Positions 8,488 through 17,620 of a stretch of DNA of 64,000 nucleotides are shown piece after piece. The stretch lies in the IMG/VR virus record IMGVR_UViG_3300017722_005389; one strand, written 5' to 3'. How positions within the stretch are numbered: the first letter of the stretch is position 1; each line of letters begins with the position of its first letter. Position numbers and translations under genes: made by a program. The notes beneath the pieces were generated by a model. It was not told the DNA's origin, did no database searches, and saw only the letters and a list, made by a program, of their open reading frames with translations. This DNA is from a virus (taxonomy: Duplodnaviria; Caudoviricetes).

Positions 8488-10803
8488 ATGAACAAAATGG
8501 AAATCGTTAAAAGGAACGGAAGTACAATGGAGTTTAATCCATCTAAAATATTGACAAGAATAAAAAAACAATCTGAAGGATTGAAAGTAAATCCAGATGA
8601 ATTATTTATTAAGGTTACTCAAGGAATTGGAGATGGTATCACCACAAATCAGATTGACGATTTGATTACTATCACTGCGGATTCTTTATCTCATAAGCAT
8701 TCAGACTATTCAAAACTGGCTGCAAATATTTTTATTTCAAGACTTCATAAGGAAACTGAAGAAAACTATTTTAAGCTTATAAAGAGGTTAAAAAACAATG
8801 GAATTGTTAATGAAACCTTATATAATAAAGTAAAGGAAAATTTCGAAGTTATACAAAAAGCTATTGATTATAGTCGTGATTATATGTTTGACTATTTTGC
8901 ATGCTCTCGTTTGAAAGAAATTTACCTTCTTAAGGAAAGAGATGAAATTGTCGAAAGACCACAACATATGTACATGCGAGTTGCTTTGACTGTTACAGAA
9001 ACAATTGAAGATGCGCTTAAATATTATGAGTTAGTTTCAACACATAAAATTTCCCCTGCAACCCCAATTTCGATTAATGCTGGGACCAATGATCAAAGCA
9101 TGATTTCTTGCAATCTAACAATGAGCAAAGGAGATAATACACCAGATTTGTTAAAAACTCTTGCGAATATTTCTATATCTTCTTCAAGGGCTGAAGGAAT
9201 AGGTCTTGCATTACATAATATAAGAAGTAAAGAATCTTATGTTGGTAAAGGTGGAGGAAAAGCAGGTGGTCTTTTGAAGTATATAAAAGTTGTTAACGAA
9301 TCCTTAAGATTTTGGAATCAAAAAGGTAAAAGACCAGGTGCTGCAGCAGTTTATTTGGAACCTTGGCACAAAGATGTAGCAGACCTTATAGAAATCAGAA
9401 AAGAAGGGGCTGATGAACTTAGAGCAAGAGATATGTTTGCTGCACTTTGGATTCCTGACAATTTTATGAAAGCTGTTGAATCTGATGGAGATTGGTATTT
9501 GTTCTGCCCAAATGATCTTCTTAAGAATAGAATAAAACCTCTTTGGGAAGTCTATGGTGAAGAATATGAAGCAGAGTACAATAAAGCAGTTGCATTAGGT
9601 ATTGGTAACAAAATTAAAGCTCAAAGTCTTTGGAAGAAAATTCTTGAGGCTCAGATTGAGACAGGTGTACCTTATATGACATACAAAGACCATGTTAACC
9701 ATAAAAGTAATCAGCAAAACATTGGTACTATCAAATCTTCAAATTTATGCGCAGAGATTAACTTATATAGCGATGCTGAAACTACAGCACAATGCGTTCT
9801 TTCTTCATTAGTATTACAGAAATTTGTCAATAATAAAGTTTACGATTTCAAAGGATTATATGATGCTGCATATGAAGTTGTAAAATCTTTAAACGTTTTG
9901 ATTGATGTAAACGATTTTTCAACTGAAGAAGCCAGAAAGGGTGCAACTGATCAAAGAGCTTTAGCAATAGGTGTTCAAGGTCTTGCAGATACTTTTGCAT
10001 TGATGGGATATGCATTTACTTCTGAAGAAGCTAAAAAATTGAATAAAGATATATTTGAAACAATTTATTATGCTTCATTGAAATCTTCATGTGATTTAGC
10101 AAAAGAAAAAGATGAAACCTATAAGTTTTTTAAAGATTCACCATTTTCTAAAGGAATTTTACAATATGACATGTGGAATGTAACAGAATTATCTGGTCTT
10201 TGGGATTGGGATTCTTTGAAAGAAGATATCATAAAATACGGTGTCATGAATTCAACTTTAACTTCGACTATGCCAACAGCATCAAGTGCATCAATTATTG
10301 GCAGCACTGAAGCAATTGAGCCATTTTTCAGTAACATGTATATCAGAAAAGTTATTGGTGGAGAGCATATCGTTATTAACAAATATTTGATACAAGATTT
10401 GGAAGAATTAAGTCTTTGGAATGAATATATCAAAACAGAAATTATAAAAAATGATGGTTCTATCCAGGATATAAATCTGATTCCTCAAGAAATCAGAGAA
10501 AAGTATAAGACTGTTTATGAAATTTCTCAAAAGGAACTTATAAATATGTCTGCAGAACGTGCGCCTTTTATCGATCAATCCCAAAGCTTGAACATCTTTA
10601 TGAAGAATCCAACTGTAGGCAAACTAACTTCTTCTCATTTTCATGGATGGAGGCTCGGATTGAAAACTGGGCAATATTATCTTAGAACAGATGCAATCAC
10701 AATGTCAAGAAAACAATTGGCAATTGACGTTAAAACTGAAAATGAAGACACGTTAAAGAAACCTGAAAATTCACCTTTTGAATGTTTTGGATGTTCGGCA
10801 TAA
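8488..10803 (+). CDS. nrdA: ribonucleotide reductase class Ia alpha subunit with ATP cone
   Basis: IVKRNG ATP cone, ERPQHMYMRVA, SPATP, SSNLCAEI, MPTASSA, IDQSQSLN, KTGQYYLR, C-terminal CFGCSA. Confidence 0.97.
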   Translation: MNKMEIVKRNGSTMEFNPSKILTRIKKQSEGLKVNPDELFIKVTQGIGDGITTNQIDDLITITADSLSHKHSDYSKLAANIFISRLHKETEENYFKLIKRLKNNGIVNETLYNKVKENFEVIQKAIDYSRDYMFDYFACSRLKEIYLLKERDEIVERPQHMYMRVALTVTETIEDALKYYELVSTHKISPATPISINAGTNDQSMISCNLTMSKGDNTPDLLKTLANISISSSRAEGIGLALHNIRSKESYVGKGGGKAGGLLKYIKVVNESLRFWNQKGKRPGAAAVYLEPWHKDVADLIEIRKEGADELRARDMFAALWIPDNFMKAVESDGDWYLFCPNDLLKNRIKPLWEVYGEEYEAEYNKAVALGIGNKIKAQSLWKKILEAQIETGVPYMTYKDHVNHKSNQQNIGTIKSSNLCAEINLYSDAETTAQCVLSSLVLQKFVNNKVYDFKGLYDAAYEVVKSLNVLIDVNDFSTEEARKGATDQRALAIGVQGLADTFALMGYAFTSEEAKKLNKDIFETIYYASLKSSCDLAKEKDETYKFFKDSPFSKGILQYDMWNVTELSGLWDWDSLKEDIIKYGVMNSTLTSTMPTASSASIIGSTEAIEPFFSNMYIRKVIGGEHIVINKYLIQDLEELSLWNEYIKTEIIKNDGSIQDINLIPQEIREKYKTVYEISQKELINMSAERAPFIDQSQSLNIFMKNPTVGKLTSSHFHGWRLGLKTGQYYLRTDAITMSRKQLAIDVKTENEDTLKKPENSPFECFGCSA

Positions 10804-10816
10804 AATTTTTAATAAA

Positions 10817-10841
10817 AAAGGGAGATTTTTAATCTCCCTTT
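10817..10841. terminator. Rho-independent terminator
   Basis: AAAGGGAGAT...ATCTCCCTTT hairpin after nrdA. Confidence 0.75.
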
Positions 10842-10843
10842 GA

Positions 10844-10851
10844 TATTTATA
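10844..10851 (+). promoter_or_regulatory. TATTTATA putative late promoter
   Basis: 14 nt upstream of ATG 10866, directly after a terminator; motif recurs before virion genes. Confidence 0.55.
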
Positions 10852-10865
10852 TTAAAATACTGACT

Positions 10866-11054
10866 ATGGGATTTTATAATATTAGAAGCTGTCCTGCTAA
10901 CCAAGCTTGTAGAAGAAAAGACGTAAGAAATTCACTTTTAAGACAAAACGATATTGAATCACAAACAATTCTCAATATCTTAAAAGATTGTTGGGAAACA
11001 CCATCAGGCAGTTGTTGGCAAACTGCTTCTGGAAGTTCTTGGCGAGTAGCTTAA
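10866..11054 (+). CDS. small Cys/Trp-containing hypothetical protein
   Basis: 62 aa, preceded by TATTTATA, fills the gap before the gp25-like gene. Confidence 0.65.
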   Translation: MGFYNIRSCPANQACRRKDVRNSLLRQNDIESQTILNILKDCWETPSGSCWQTASGSSWRVA

Positions 11055-11074
11055 TCAATTTAAATATTTTATAT

Positions 11075-11458
11075 ATGGCGAACCAAAATAATCTTGGAAT
11101 TACCTTTCCATATCAGGAAGATTTAACAGGTAAATTCTTAAGATTAAATCAAAACGATAAAGAAGAAATAAAAAGTAAATTAGCTCTTTTGATAACAACA
11201 CAAAAGGGTCAAAGACTTTTTAACTCAAATTTTGGAATTAATATTGAACAATTCCTATTTCAACCTATGGATGAGCAAACGTATAATGCCATACGAGATG
11301 AAATCACTGCTAATGTTACAAGATATATACCTTCATTGAAAATTGAAAGTATTCAAACGGATGTTAGCGAATCTCAAAAATTAGTAGGTCTTCAAATACG
11401 ATACTCAATTTCTGATGGAGTTATTAAGCAAACAGATGAACTTGCTATTTTATTCTAA
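11075..11458 (+). CDS. baseplate wedge protein, gp25/GPW-like
   Basis: GITFPY, IKSKLALLITTQKGQRLFNSNFGINIEQFLFQP, RYIPSLKIESI; start set at MANQNN. Confidence 0.9.
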   Translation: MANQNNLGITFPYQEDLTGKFLRLNQNDKEEIKSKLALLITTQKGQRLFNSNFGINIEQFLFQPMDEQTYNAIRDEITANVTRYIPSLKIESIQTDVSESQKLVGLQIRYSISDGVIKQTDELAILF

Positions 11459-11681
11459 TGAAAGTTTTAATCACTGAATCTCAAATTACTAATATTATTG
11501 AAGCATATAAAGATAGCTTATCAGTACATTTAGATAGAAAAAATCTAACAGGTCTAGATGTTAGTAGAAAGTATTACAGTGACAGCATAGGCTCAAAGAA
11601 TATATAAGCCTTGTAAAAGAAAAATACTCTGAAGATGAGGATATTCAAATGTATGTTGAAGATGTTGAAGTATTTATATAA
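11458..11681 (+). pseudogene. frameshifted small ITESQ-motif protein
   Basis: ATG 11458 gives MKVLITESQITNIIEAY... (stop 11607); the -1 frame from 11583 gives QHRLKEYISLVKEKYSEDEDIQMYVEDVEVFI* to 11681. Confidence 0.5.
11671..11678 (+). promoter_or_regulatory. TATTTATA putative late promoter
   Basis: 20 nt upstream of ATG 11699. Confidence 0.5.
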
Positions 11682-11698
11682 AAATAAATAAAATAAAA

Positions 11699-12142
11699 AT
11701 GAAACCGAACAATTTCCCCCTAAGACCGAGTTTAGATGGTTCTGAAGAACTTTATACACAGACAGGAGACGTAGCTCAAAAATTTACTTTGGAACAAGCT
11801 AAAGAATACATAAGACCTTACAAAGTTTATACTGCTTTATTAACACAAAGTGGAAATGATGCTCCTGTTGCTAAAGTATTGGAAAATACAATTGGAAATA
11901 TTGTTTGGAGTAGAACAAGTGATGGAGTATATTACGCCACATTAGTCGGAGCTTTTCCTAATGGAGGTAAATTTTTTACTTTAAACTCTATTACTGAGAT
12001 TTCAAATTCTAACGTTTCAGTTTATTGGAATGACACTGATAGTTTTCAACTAAATACTTTTAGTGGAAATGTAAATACTGCTTATCAACCACAAGATGGT
12101 ATAATATTAAAATATCCAATAGAAATCCGAGTTTATAACTAA
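11699..12142 (+). CDS. putative virion/tail-fibre-associated protein
   Basis: YKVYTALLTQSGNDAPVAKVLENTIG...WSRTSDGVY resembles phage fibre/decoration domains. Confidence 0.6.
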   Translation: MKPNNFPLRPSLDGSEELYTQTGDVAQKFTLEQAKEYIRPYKVYTALLTQSGNDAPVAKVLENTIGNIVWSRTSDGVYYATLVGAFPNGGKFFTLNSITEISNSNVSVYWNDTDSFQLNTFSGNVNTAYQPQDGIILKYPIEIRVYN

Positions 12143-12837
12143 TAGTAATAATTAGTATTTTTACTTTGGGTATATTGTTTTGTATTAACATCCATCATAG
12201 TCAATTTTCCACCACATTTTATACCTGTATCAACATTGATAAGGTTTGATACAAAATCAGGTTTAAAATTTCTTGTTGTGGAGTGACCGATAAAAATTTC
12301 ATCGATAATTATTCCTGTGTCTTTAAAAGATACAGGAATTTTTCTTTTTTGCTGATGATAAGTCTTCGCAAGGGAATAAAGTTTTCTATTTAAAGCAAAC
12401 TTTCTTCTTCTTTGGGAATCTATAGCTCTCTTAGGGTTAAATCCTCCATGTAAGAAGATTTTGTTATCATGTACATGATAGTAGTCAGCTTTTGAAAAAT
12501 ATCTCTTTAGATTGGAAATTATGTGAGGATTATTTAATTTCTCAATAGTACTTGCTCCACCTGAAGGAATCCATTCTTCATTTATTGTTCCATATTTTAG
12601 AAACTCCATAAGGAAAAAATCGTGATTTCCTATGATGGGTATAAAGTTGTCAAAAGATAACAACAGTTCTAAGCATTTGTCAAAATCAGGTAGTCCATCA
12701 GCTAAGTCACCAATGAAGATTATTTTATCATCTTTTTTATTAACATTTCCTTTGGTTAACAAATCTTCCAAAGGTAAATAAGCACCATGTATATCCCCTA
12801 TTACATAAGTTTTAAACCGCTTTTCTTTCTTCTTCAA
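12139..12837 (-). CDS. metallophosphoesterase (ApaH / Ser-Thr phosphatase-like)
   Basis: GDIHG, GDLADG, GNHD, HGG, GHST, DTG motifs; TTG start. Confidence 0.9.
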   Translation of the reverse strand: MKKKEKRFKTYVIGDIHGAYLPLEDLLTKGNVNKKDDKIIFIGDLADGLPDFDKCLELLLSFDNFIPIIGNHDFFLMEFLKYGTINEEWIPSGGASTIEKLNNPHIISNLKRYFSKADYYHVHDNKIFLHGGFNPKRAIDSQRRRKFALNRKLYSLAKTYHQQKRKIPVSFKDTGIIIDEIFIGHSTTRNFKPDFVSNLINVDTGIKCGGKLTMMDVNTKQYTQSKNTNYYY

Positions 12838-12851
12838 AAAATGCTATTTCA

Positions 12852-12859
12852 TATAAATA
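12852..12859 (-). promoter_or_regulatory. TATTTATA putative promoter
   Basis: 14 nt upstream of the minus-strand start at 12837. Confidence 0.45.
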
Positions 12860-12861
12860 GA

Positions 12862-15800
12862 TTAGAACATTTCAAATTCTTTGGTCATATTCATATAATA
12901 GTTTAAATCTTCTGAAGAATCTTTAAGTTGACATTGGATAAGTTCTTCTTCAGTCATATCTTCATAATGCTTATCGGATATATCAATTTTTCTTAAAGGC
13001 TGGATTTCATATCCTTCAATTTCTTTGGGATACATAGAAGCAAATTTATACAAATATTCATTTCCACCTTTAATCTTTTTAACTCCAACCCTTTGGAAAT
13101 CAAAATAGTCATGAACTAATTTTATAGCATTCCTCGATTCGAGTTTATACATTCCAAGAATTGGAAGTTTACTTCTTAGTTCATTTATTTTTCTAGTAAT
13201 TTCTGTATTTGAGATAACAGCGTTTTCTTCAAACTTTTTATTAGCCCACTCCTCAAATTTCCAAGTGAAAGTTGCCACTTCATTAACAACTTTTATACCT
13301 CGTATGGCATAAAACAACCCTGCATTTTCAAGCCTTTCTTCAACATCAAAATATGATTTGATAATTTCTAAAGTGCGATGTTCACTTTCTGAAGAAATAT
13401 TTAGCTTTCTAAAGATGTCATTTAATATTTTGTTAATATCTGAAATGGTATAAAGTACAAAGGAGCCTGTGGCTTTTTCTTTCTCACGATTTTTCTTATA
13501 GAATTTTATAAGATGTTTGGCAATTTCTGATGAATTGTCCACAGCCTTACTAAAAGCATTAATTTTTTTAGTTATTTGAACATTAATTTGTCTAACAATC
13601 TTACTCCAAATTCTATCACTCATATTATGCTCTTTAATCCATTTTTCAACAAGTTCACATGAATCTTCAAAAGATAACGAGTTGCATAAATATTTTATTT
13701 TTGTCCTTAATTTTACTTGATATTGAGCCCTTGGGAGTGATTCAAGGTTAAATACAACATCATCTTTTACTTTATTACAACATTCAACCTCTCCTTCAAT
13801 TTTTATTTCTTCAAGGATTTTTAATACATCTTGAACAAGCATTTCTTTCCTTTCAGATTTCAATGTCTTAAGATTTGACTGTTCCTCTGGATGTATTTCC
13901 TCAAGAACAAACATTTCTTCTTTAAACTGCCAATTATATTCATGAAGCAATACCTTCATAAATTCAAAATTCTTGTTGGCATAGCGTTTTTCTTCAATAT
14001 AAGCCATATTGGCTATACTCAAATAGTCAATTTCCCAAACTCCATCCCTAACTCTATAAAGTTTACTTTTACCAAATAATTGTTGATTGAATACTTTTAT
14101 AGCAGATTTATAACTTACACTATCACCTGTTACATATGCCTTATTGAAAAGTTCTTTTCCAATATTGGCATTTTTAATATAGTTCTCTTGAAGATTAACA
14201 ATATCAATATGGTCAGTTTCAGACATATCTTCTGAATCCAATGGCTTGTAAACATAAATCATCGAGTTATTCTCAACACTTTTCGTGAAAATGTTTCTCA
14301 ATCGATTTACCATTTGCTCCATATTTGTAGCACTTTCGGCTGTCATAAAATGAACCGATTTAAAATCATTATTATAGATATTAACACCCTCTACAATAAC
14401 TGAAGTACAAATGACAATATCAACATTATCTCTGATTAATTCCTTTGTTGTGAGTATAGTAAAATCCTCACTATTTTTTTCATCAGCATTAATACATACA
14501 ATACGATCCTTCTTCCAACCTTTCATCACCAAATAATCAATCAATTCACCCATTTTACCTTCTTCCTTTTTATTCTGAAGATAAATCAGATTTTTACCAT
14601 TTCTACTAAGATTTTTTTCAATAGCAAATAAAATATTGTTATATCTTACAGGAGTGCAATATTTGATTGGCGTTTTTTCCCAATTTACTCTTATAATATC
14701 AAAATTTTTGAATGCTGGGTGAAGAACAGGGATTTTTGTACCAGTTAAAAACATTCTTTTTCTAAAAAGATGCATGTTGTCTACAATGTAGTTCAATTCA
14801 TATCCTCGGAATTCAGGGCTTGAACTAACTGCATTATTATGTTCCTCATCAACATACAAAGCATAATCCGAAATCTTAACATTTTCCCAATTTTTCATTT
14901 GTTTCAAAAGATTTGGAAAACTGCTGTAAGTACATACGATAAGTTCATCCCCTTCTTGTACATTCTTTTTATCCCTATAATAAACTGATGCATTATAGGA
15001 ATTGTCTATACTCAAAAGTAAAGGTATAATTGGAACCAGAATAAGCCTTTTACCTTTTATGTGTTCACAAATCCAAGTTGTCTTACCTTGACCTGTGTTA
15101 CCCCATATAATTTGGTTATCTTCATCAGGAATATTAATTTCATTGATGTATTGCCCAGGTTTCAAAAAATATTCTTTTGTAATTTTATATCTTGAACGAA
15201 TTTCCTGTGGAGTGATATTTCTAAATATTCTTACACCAAACTTCCAAGAATCTTGGGTATAACATTCATCAGCTAAAAATTTTATAATAGGGATCAGATT
15301 GCTGATAAAATGTTTTTTCTCTGAATAAGTGATATTATTATCAATTTTAATAAAATCTTCAAAAGAATATTCTATAATTTCATTTAGAAATGTATAAGCT
15401 GTCTCTTTGATTATGGCGTGTCCTTTCGTTTGCTTGAAATAATATCCAATATATGAAAATACATTATCATAGGAAATAGTATGATAGATATTGGCAGCTG
15501 TTTCTAATATATTCTCAAGAGTTTTTTCAAGCTTTCCTTCGAATTTATATTTTATAACGACTCTATATCCATTAGTTACAGCCCAGCTTTTATAAGATTC
15601 AAGTTTCTTTGATTTACCTTCTTCAGATAAAACTTTTACACATCCGAACAAATAGTCTGAATTGCCATATATTTTGTCAATAGTAGGATATAAATTATCA
15701 TTAAAATTTAGTACGGATTCAAGATAATCTATTACAGGTTTTTTGGTAATACCTGCTTCTTTTGCAAGAATCGCCATTCTATAGATTTTCTTATTATCAT

Positions 15801-16908
15801 CTCCACTTTTTTCTTTAATATTGAACCAGATGTAATCTAACTTTAATTTTATATCCCCATCATATTTTTTATATAAACCATATATTTCATGCCCTTCTTC
15901 ATTTTTTACTGCTCTGACACCAAATTGATGTCCATAATATTTTTCAATGTTGTTGAGAATCCCATATCTTACTTCTTCAACGCTTCTATGTTTAAAAATC
16001 TTTGGATATTTTTCTTGATTTAAAATCAAATAGTTTAAGCTTTCATTCAAATCAATACCCATTTGATTACAAAATACAAAGTAATCGAAAAAGAACTTGT
16101 ATGAAATATGATTATTACTCCAAGAGCCAGGCTTATGATAAAGTGAATGTAACTGGTATGCCAAAACATCTGAAGCTAATTCCAAAGGAAGTCCATCTGT
16201 TACAATAGGAGTATAAATATTTTCTTTAGGTTGAACAGCATCAAATGGAATAATTTCCGATTCTTCTCTCACAAAAATATTTGGATCGTAAGGAAGAACA
16301 TTACATCTTGTAATATCTTTAGTCTGAGGGTCAATATTGATATTCCAACCGCTGAAAAGATTTGATATAGCTTTCCAAGTTGTGCTGAAATTTTCCAAAG
16401 AAAGCCCTTCTACCTTCACAAGAAATCCTAAACCTTCTCCAGAAAAAGAATCCCAAGCAGCCTTTACAAATTTTAGATTTTCTGAAGAAAGCAAATTTTT
16501 TATGTAAGTCTTTGCTTGTTCTGAAGATGTAAAATTTTTGACTTCGGATATTTTAGTGAAATCATCAATATCAAAATAGATATAACCCGATGGTGCTTGT
16601 ATTTTATCTTTGGTACGTTTTTCTTCTACAAAGCAATTCCATGTAACAACATATGATTCTTGTTGCTTCACATGATTGTAGAAGTTTCTTTTGACATAGT
16701 CTAATTTGGATACAGAACGATTCCAAACTCTATCATTATAAATCAAATTAAGATTTTTCTTTCCACCATTGACTGGATCATTTTTACATTCAAGAATTAA
16801 ATGTTTCTTTGGGTGGTCTTTAATAAATCCTAATGCTTCATCGATTGTGAACTCATTAATAGGTTTAGAACTTTTGTCGAGGCATTGAAATACGGAAATC
16901 TTTTCCAT
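12862..16908 (-). CDS. VirE-N/BT4734-like primase domain fused to an SF2 helicase (origin-binding protein-like)
   Basis: YIYFDIDD, DSFSGEGLGFLV, TKDITRCNVLPYDPNIF; WGNTGQGKT, YVDEEH, FLTGT, CTSVIVEGVNI, EQMVNRLR; start set at MEKISVF (track start 16953 is TTG). Confidence 0.8.
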   Translation of the reverse strand: MEKISVFQCLDKSSKPINEFTIDEALGFIKDHPKKHLILECKNDPVNGGKKNLNLIYNDRVWNRSVSKLDYVKRNFYNHVKQQESYVVTWNCFVEEKRTKDKIQAPSGYIYFDIDDFTKISEVKNFTSSEQAKTYIKNLLSSENLKFVKAAWDSFSGEGLGFLVKVEGLSLENFSTTWKAISNLFSGWNINIDPQTKDITRCNVLPYDPNIFVREESEIIPFDAVQPKENIYTPIVTDGLPLELASDVLAYQLHSLYHKPGSWSNNHISYKFFFDYFVFCNQMGIDLNESLNYLILNQEKYPKIFKHRSVEEVRYGILNNIEKYYGHQFGVRAVKNEEGHEIYGLYKKYDGDIKLKLDYIWFNIKEKSGDDNKKIYRMAILAKEAGITKKPVIDYLESVLNFNDNLYPTIDKIYGNSDYLFGCVKVLSEEGKSKKLESYKSWAVTNGYRVVIKYKFEGKLEKTLENILETAANIYHTISYDNVFSYIGYYFKQTKGHAIIKETAYTFLNEIIEYSFEDFIKIDNNITYSEKKHFISNLIPIIKFLADECYTQDSWKFGVRIFRNITPQEIRSRYKITKEYFLKPGQYINEINIPDEDNQIIWGNTGQGKTTWICEHIKGKRLILVPIIPLLLSIDNSYNASVYYRDKKNVQEGDELIVCTYSSFPNLLKQMKNWENVKISDYALYVDEEHNNAVSSSPEFRGYELNYIVDNMHLFRKRMFLTGTKIPVLHPAFKNFDIIRVNWEKTPIKYCTPVRYNNILFAIEKNLSRNGKNLIYLQNKKEEGKMGELIDYLVMKGWKKDRIVCINADEKNSEDFTILTTKELIRDNVDIVICTSVIVEGVNIYNNDFKSVHFMTAESATNMEQMVNRLRNIFTKSVENNSMIYVYKPLDSEDMSETDHIDIVNLQENYIKNANIGKELFNKAYVTGDSVSYKSAIKVFNQQLFGKSKLYRVRDGVWEIDYLSIANMAYIEEKRYANKNFEFMKVLLHEYNWQFKEEMFVLEEIHPEEQSNLKTLKSERKEMLVQDVLKILEEIKIEGEVECCNKVKDDVVFNLESLPRAQYQVKLRTKIKYLCNSLSFEDSCELVEKWIKEHNMSDRIWSKIVRQINVQITKKINAFSKAVDNSSEIAKHLIKFYKKNREKEKATGSFVLYTISDINKILNDIFRKLNISSESEHRTLEIIKSYFDVEERLENAGLFYAIRGIKVVNEVATFTWKFEEWANKKFEENAVISNTEITRKINELRSKLPILGMYKLESRNAIKLVHDYFDFQRVGVKKIKGGNEYLYKFASMYPKEIEGYEIQPLRKIDISDKHYEDMTEEELIQCQLKDSSEDLNYYMNMTKEFEMF

Positions 16909-17023
16909 TATATGTTTGATTTGTAAAAATAAATAGAGAGCGAGAGCCAACAAAAATAAAATTAGCAGGACTTTAACAGATAAAGTTTCTCAAATGTTTT
17001 AACCCTCAGAAATTAAAAAAAGT

Positions 17024-17488
17024 TCAAATTTTTTCTTTAGCTTCAAAAAAACATTTCATTTGGGTTCCATGAACTTTGACTTCTCCATTCAAAACAGCAT
17101 CAAAGTCGAACCATTGAAGCTTTGAGAATTCTGGCAATGATTTCCCAGAGGAATCTGTGAAATATGAATTACATTTCAAATCATCAGGCTTTGTCTTGCA
17201 TATTGCAAGGAAGGGTACAAGCCTTTTTCTTTTTGAACCATACATTTGAGGTTTGAGTTCAAAAACATTACAAGACTTTATAAATTCTTTTGAAATATTA
17301 GATTCTTCATAAAGCTCCCTTAAAGCAGCTTCTAATGAATTTTCACCATCTTCTTTTCCACCTTTAGGAATAGACCAGAAATTATTCGAATTCGTTTCTC
17401 TACCAAGAAGAATTTCATTAGAACCTTCACAATAAATAACGAAACCACAAGATGTTTTCATAAGAGGATTGATAAGCTTTTGATCCAT
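17024..17488 (-). CDS. NUDIX hydrolase
   Basis: WSIPKGGKEDGENSLEAALRELYEESNI Nudix box. Confidence 0.92.
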   Translation of the reverse strand: MDQKLINPLMKTSCGFVIYCEGSNEILLGRETNSNNFWSIPKGGKEDGENSLEAALRELYEESNISKEFIKSCNVFELKPQMYGSKRKRLVPFLAICKTKPDDLKCNSYFTDSSGKSLPEFSKLQWFDFDAVLNGEVKVHGTQMKCFFEAKEKI

Positions 17489-17508
17489 TCTAATAGGTTT
17501 AACTTTTT

Positions 17509-17516
17509 TATAAATA
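17509..17516 (-). promoter_or_regulatory. TATTTATA putative promoter
   Basis: 20 nt upstream of the NUDIX start. Confidence 0.45.
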
Positions 17517-17601
17517 TCTATAATCTATAAGCAAATCTTATTAATTGTAATAAAAACTTTCTCTTTTATTGAGAATAGCTTAAATTAAATATGAACAAAA
17601 A

Positions 17602-17609
17602 TATTTATA
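17602..17609 (+). promoter_or_regulatory. TATTTATA putative late promoter
   Basis: 11 nt upstream of the baseplate gene ATG 17621. Confidence 0.55.
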
Positions 17610-17620
17610 AATAAAGTTTT

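Noticed and set aside
12835-12852. ATG AAA TAG CAT TTT TTG in frame with the phosphoesterase, suggesting amber readthrough or TAG recoding
   Set aside because: Long ORFs throughout are open in the standard code, TAG ends gene 50820..51263, and the ATG overlaps the TATTTATA motif; a TTG start is simpler.
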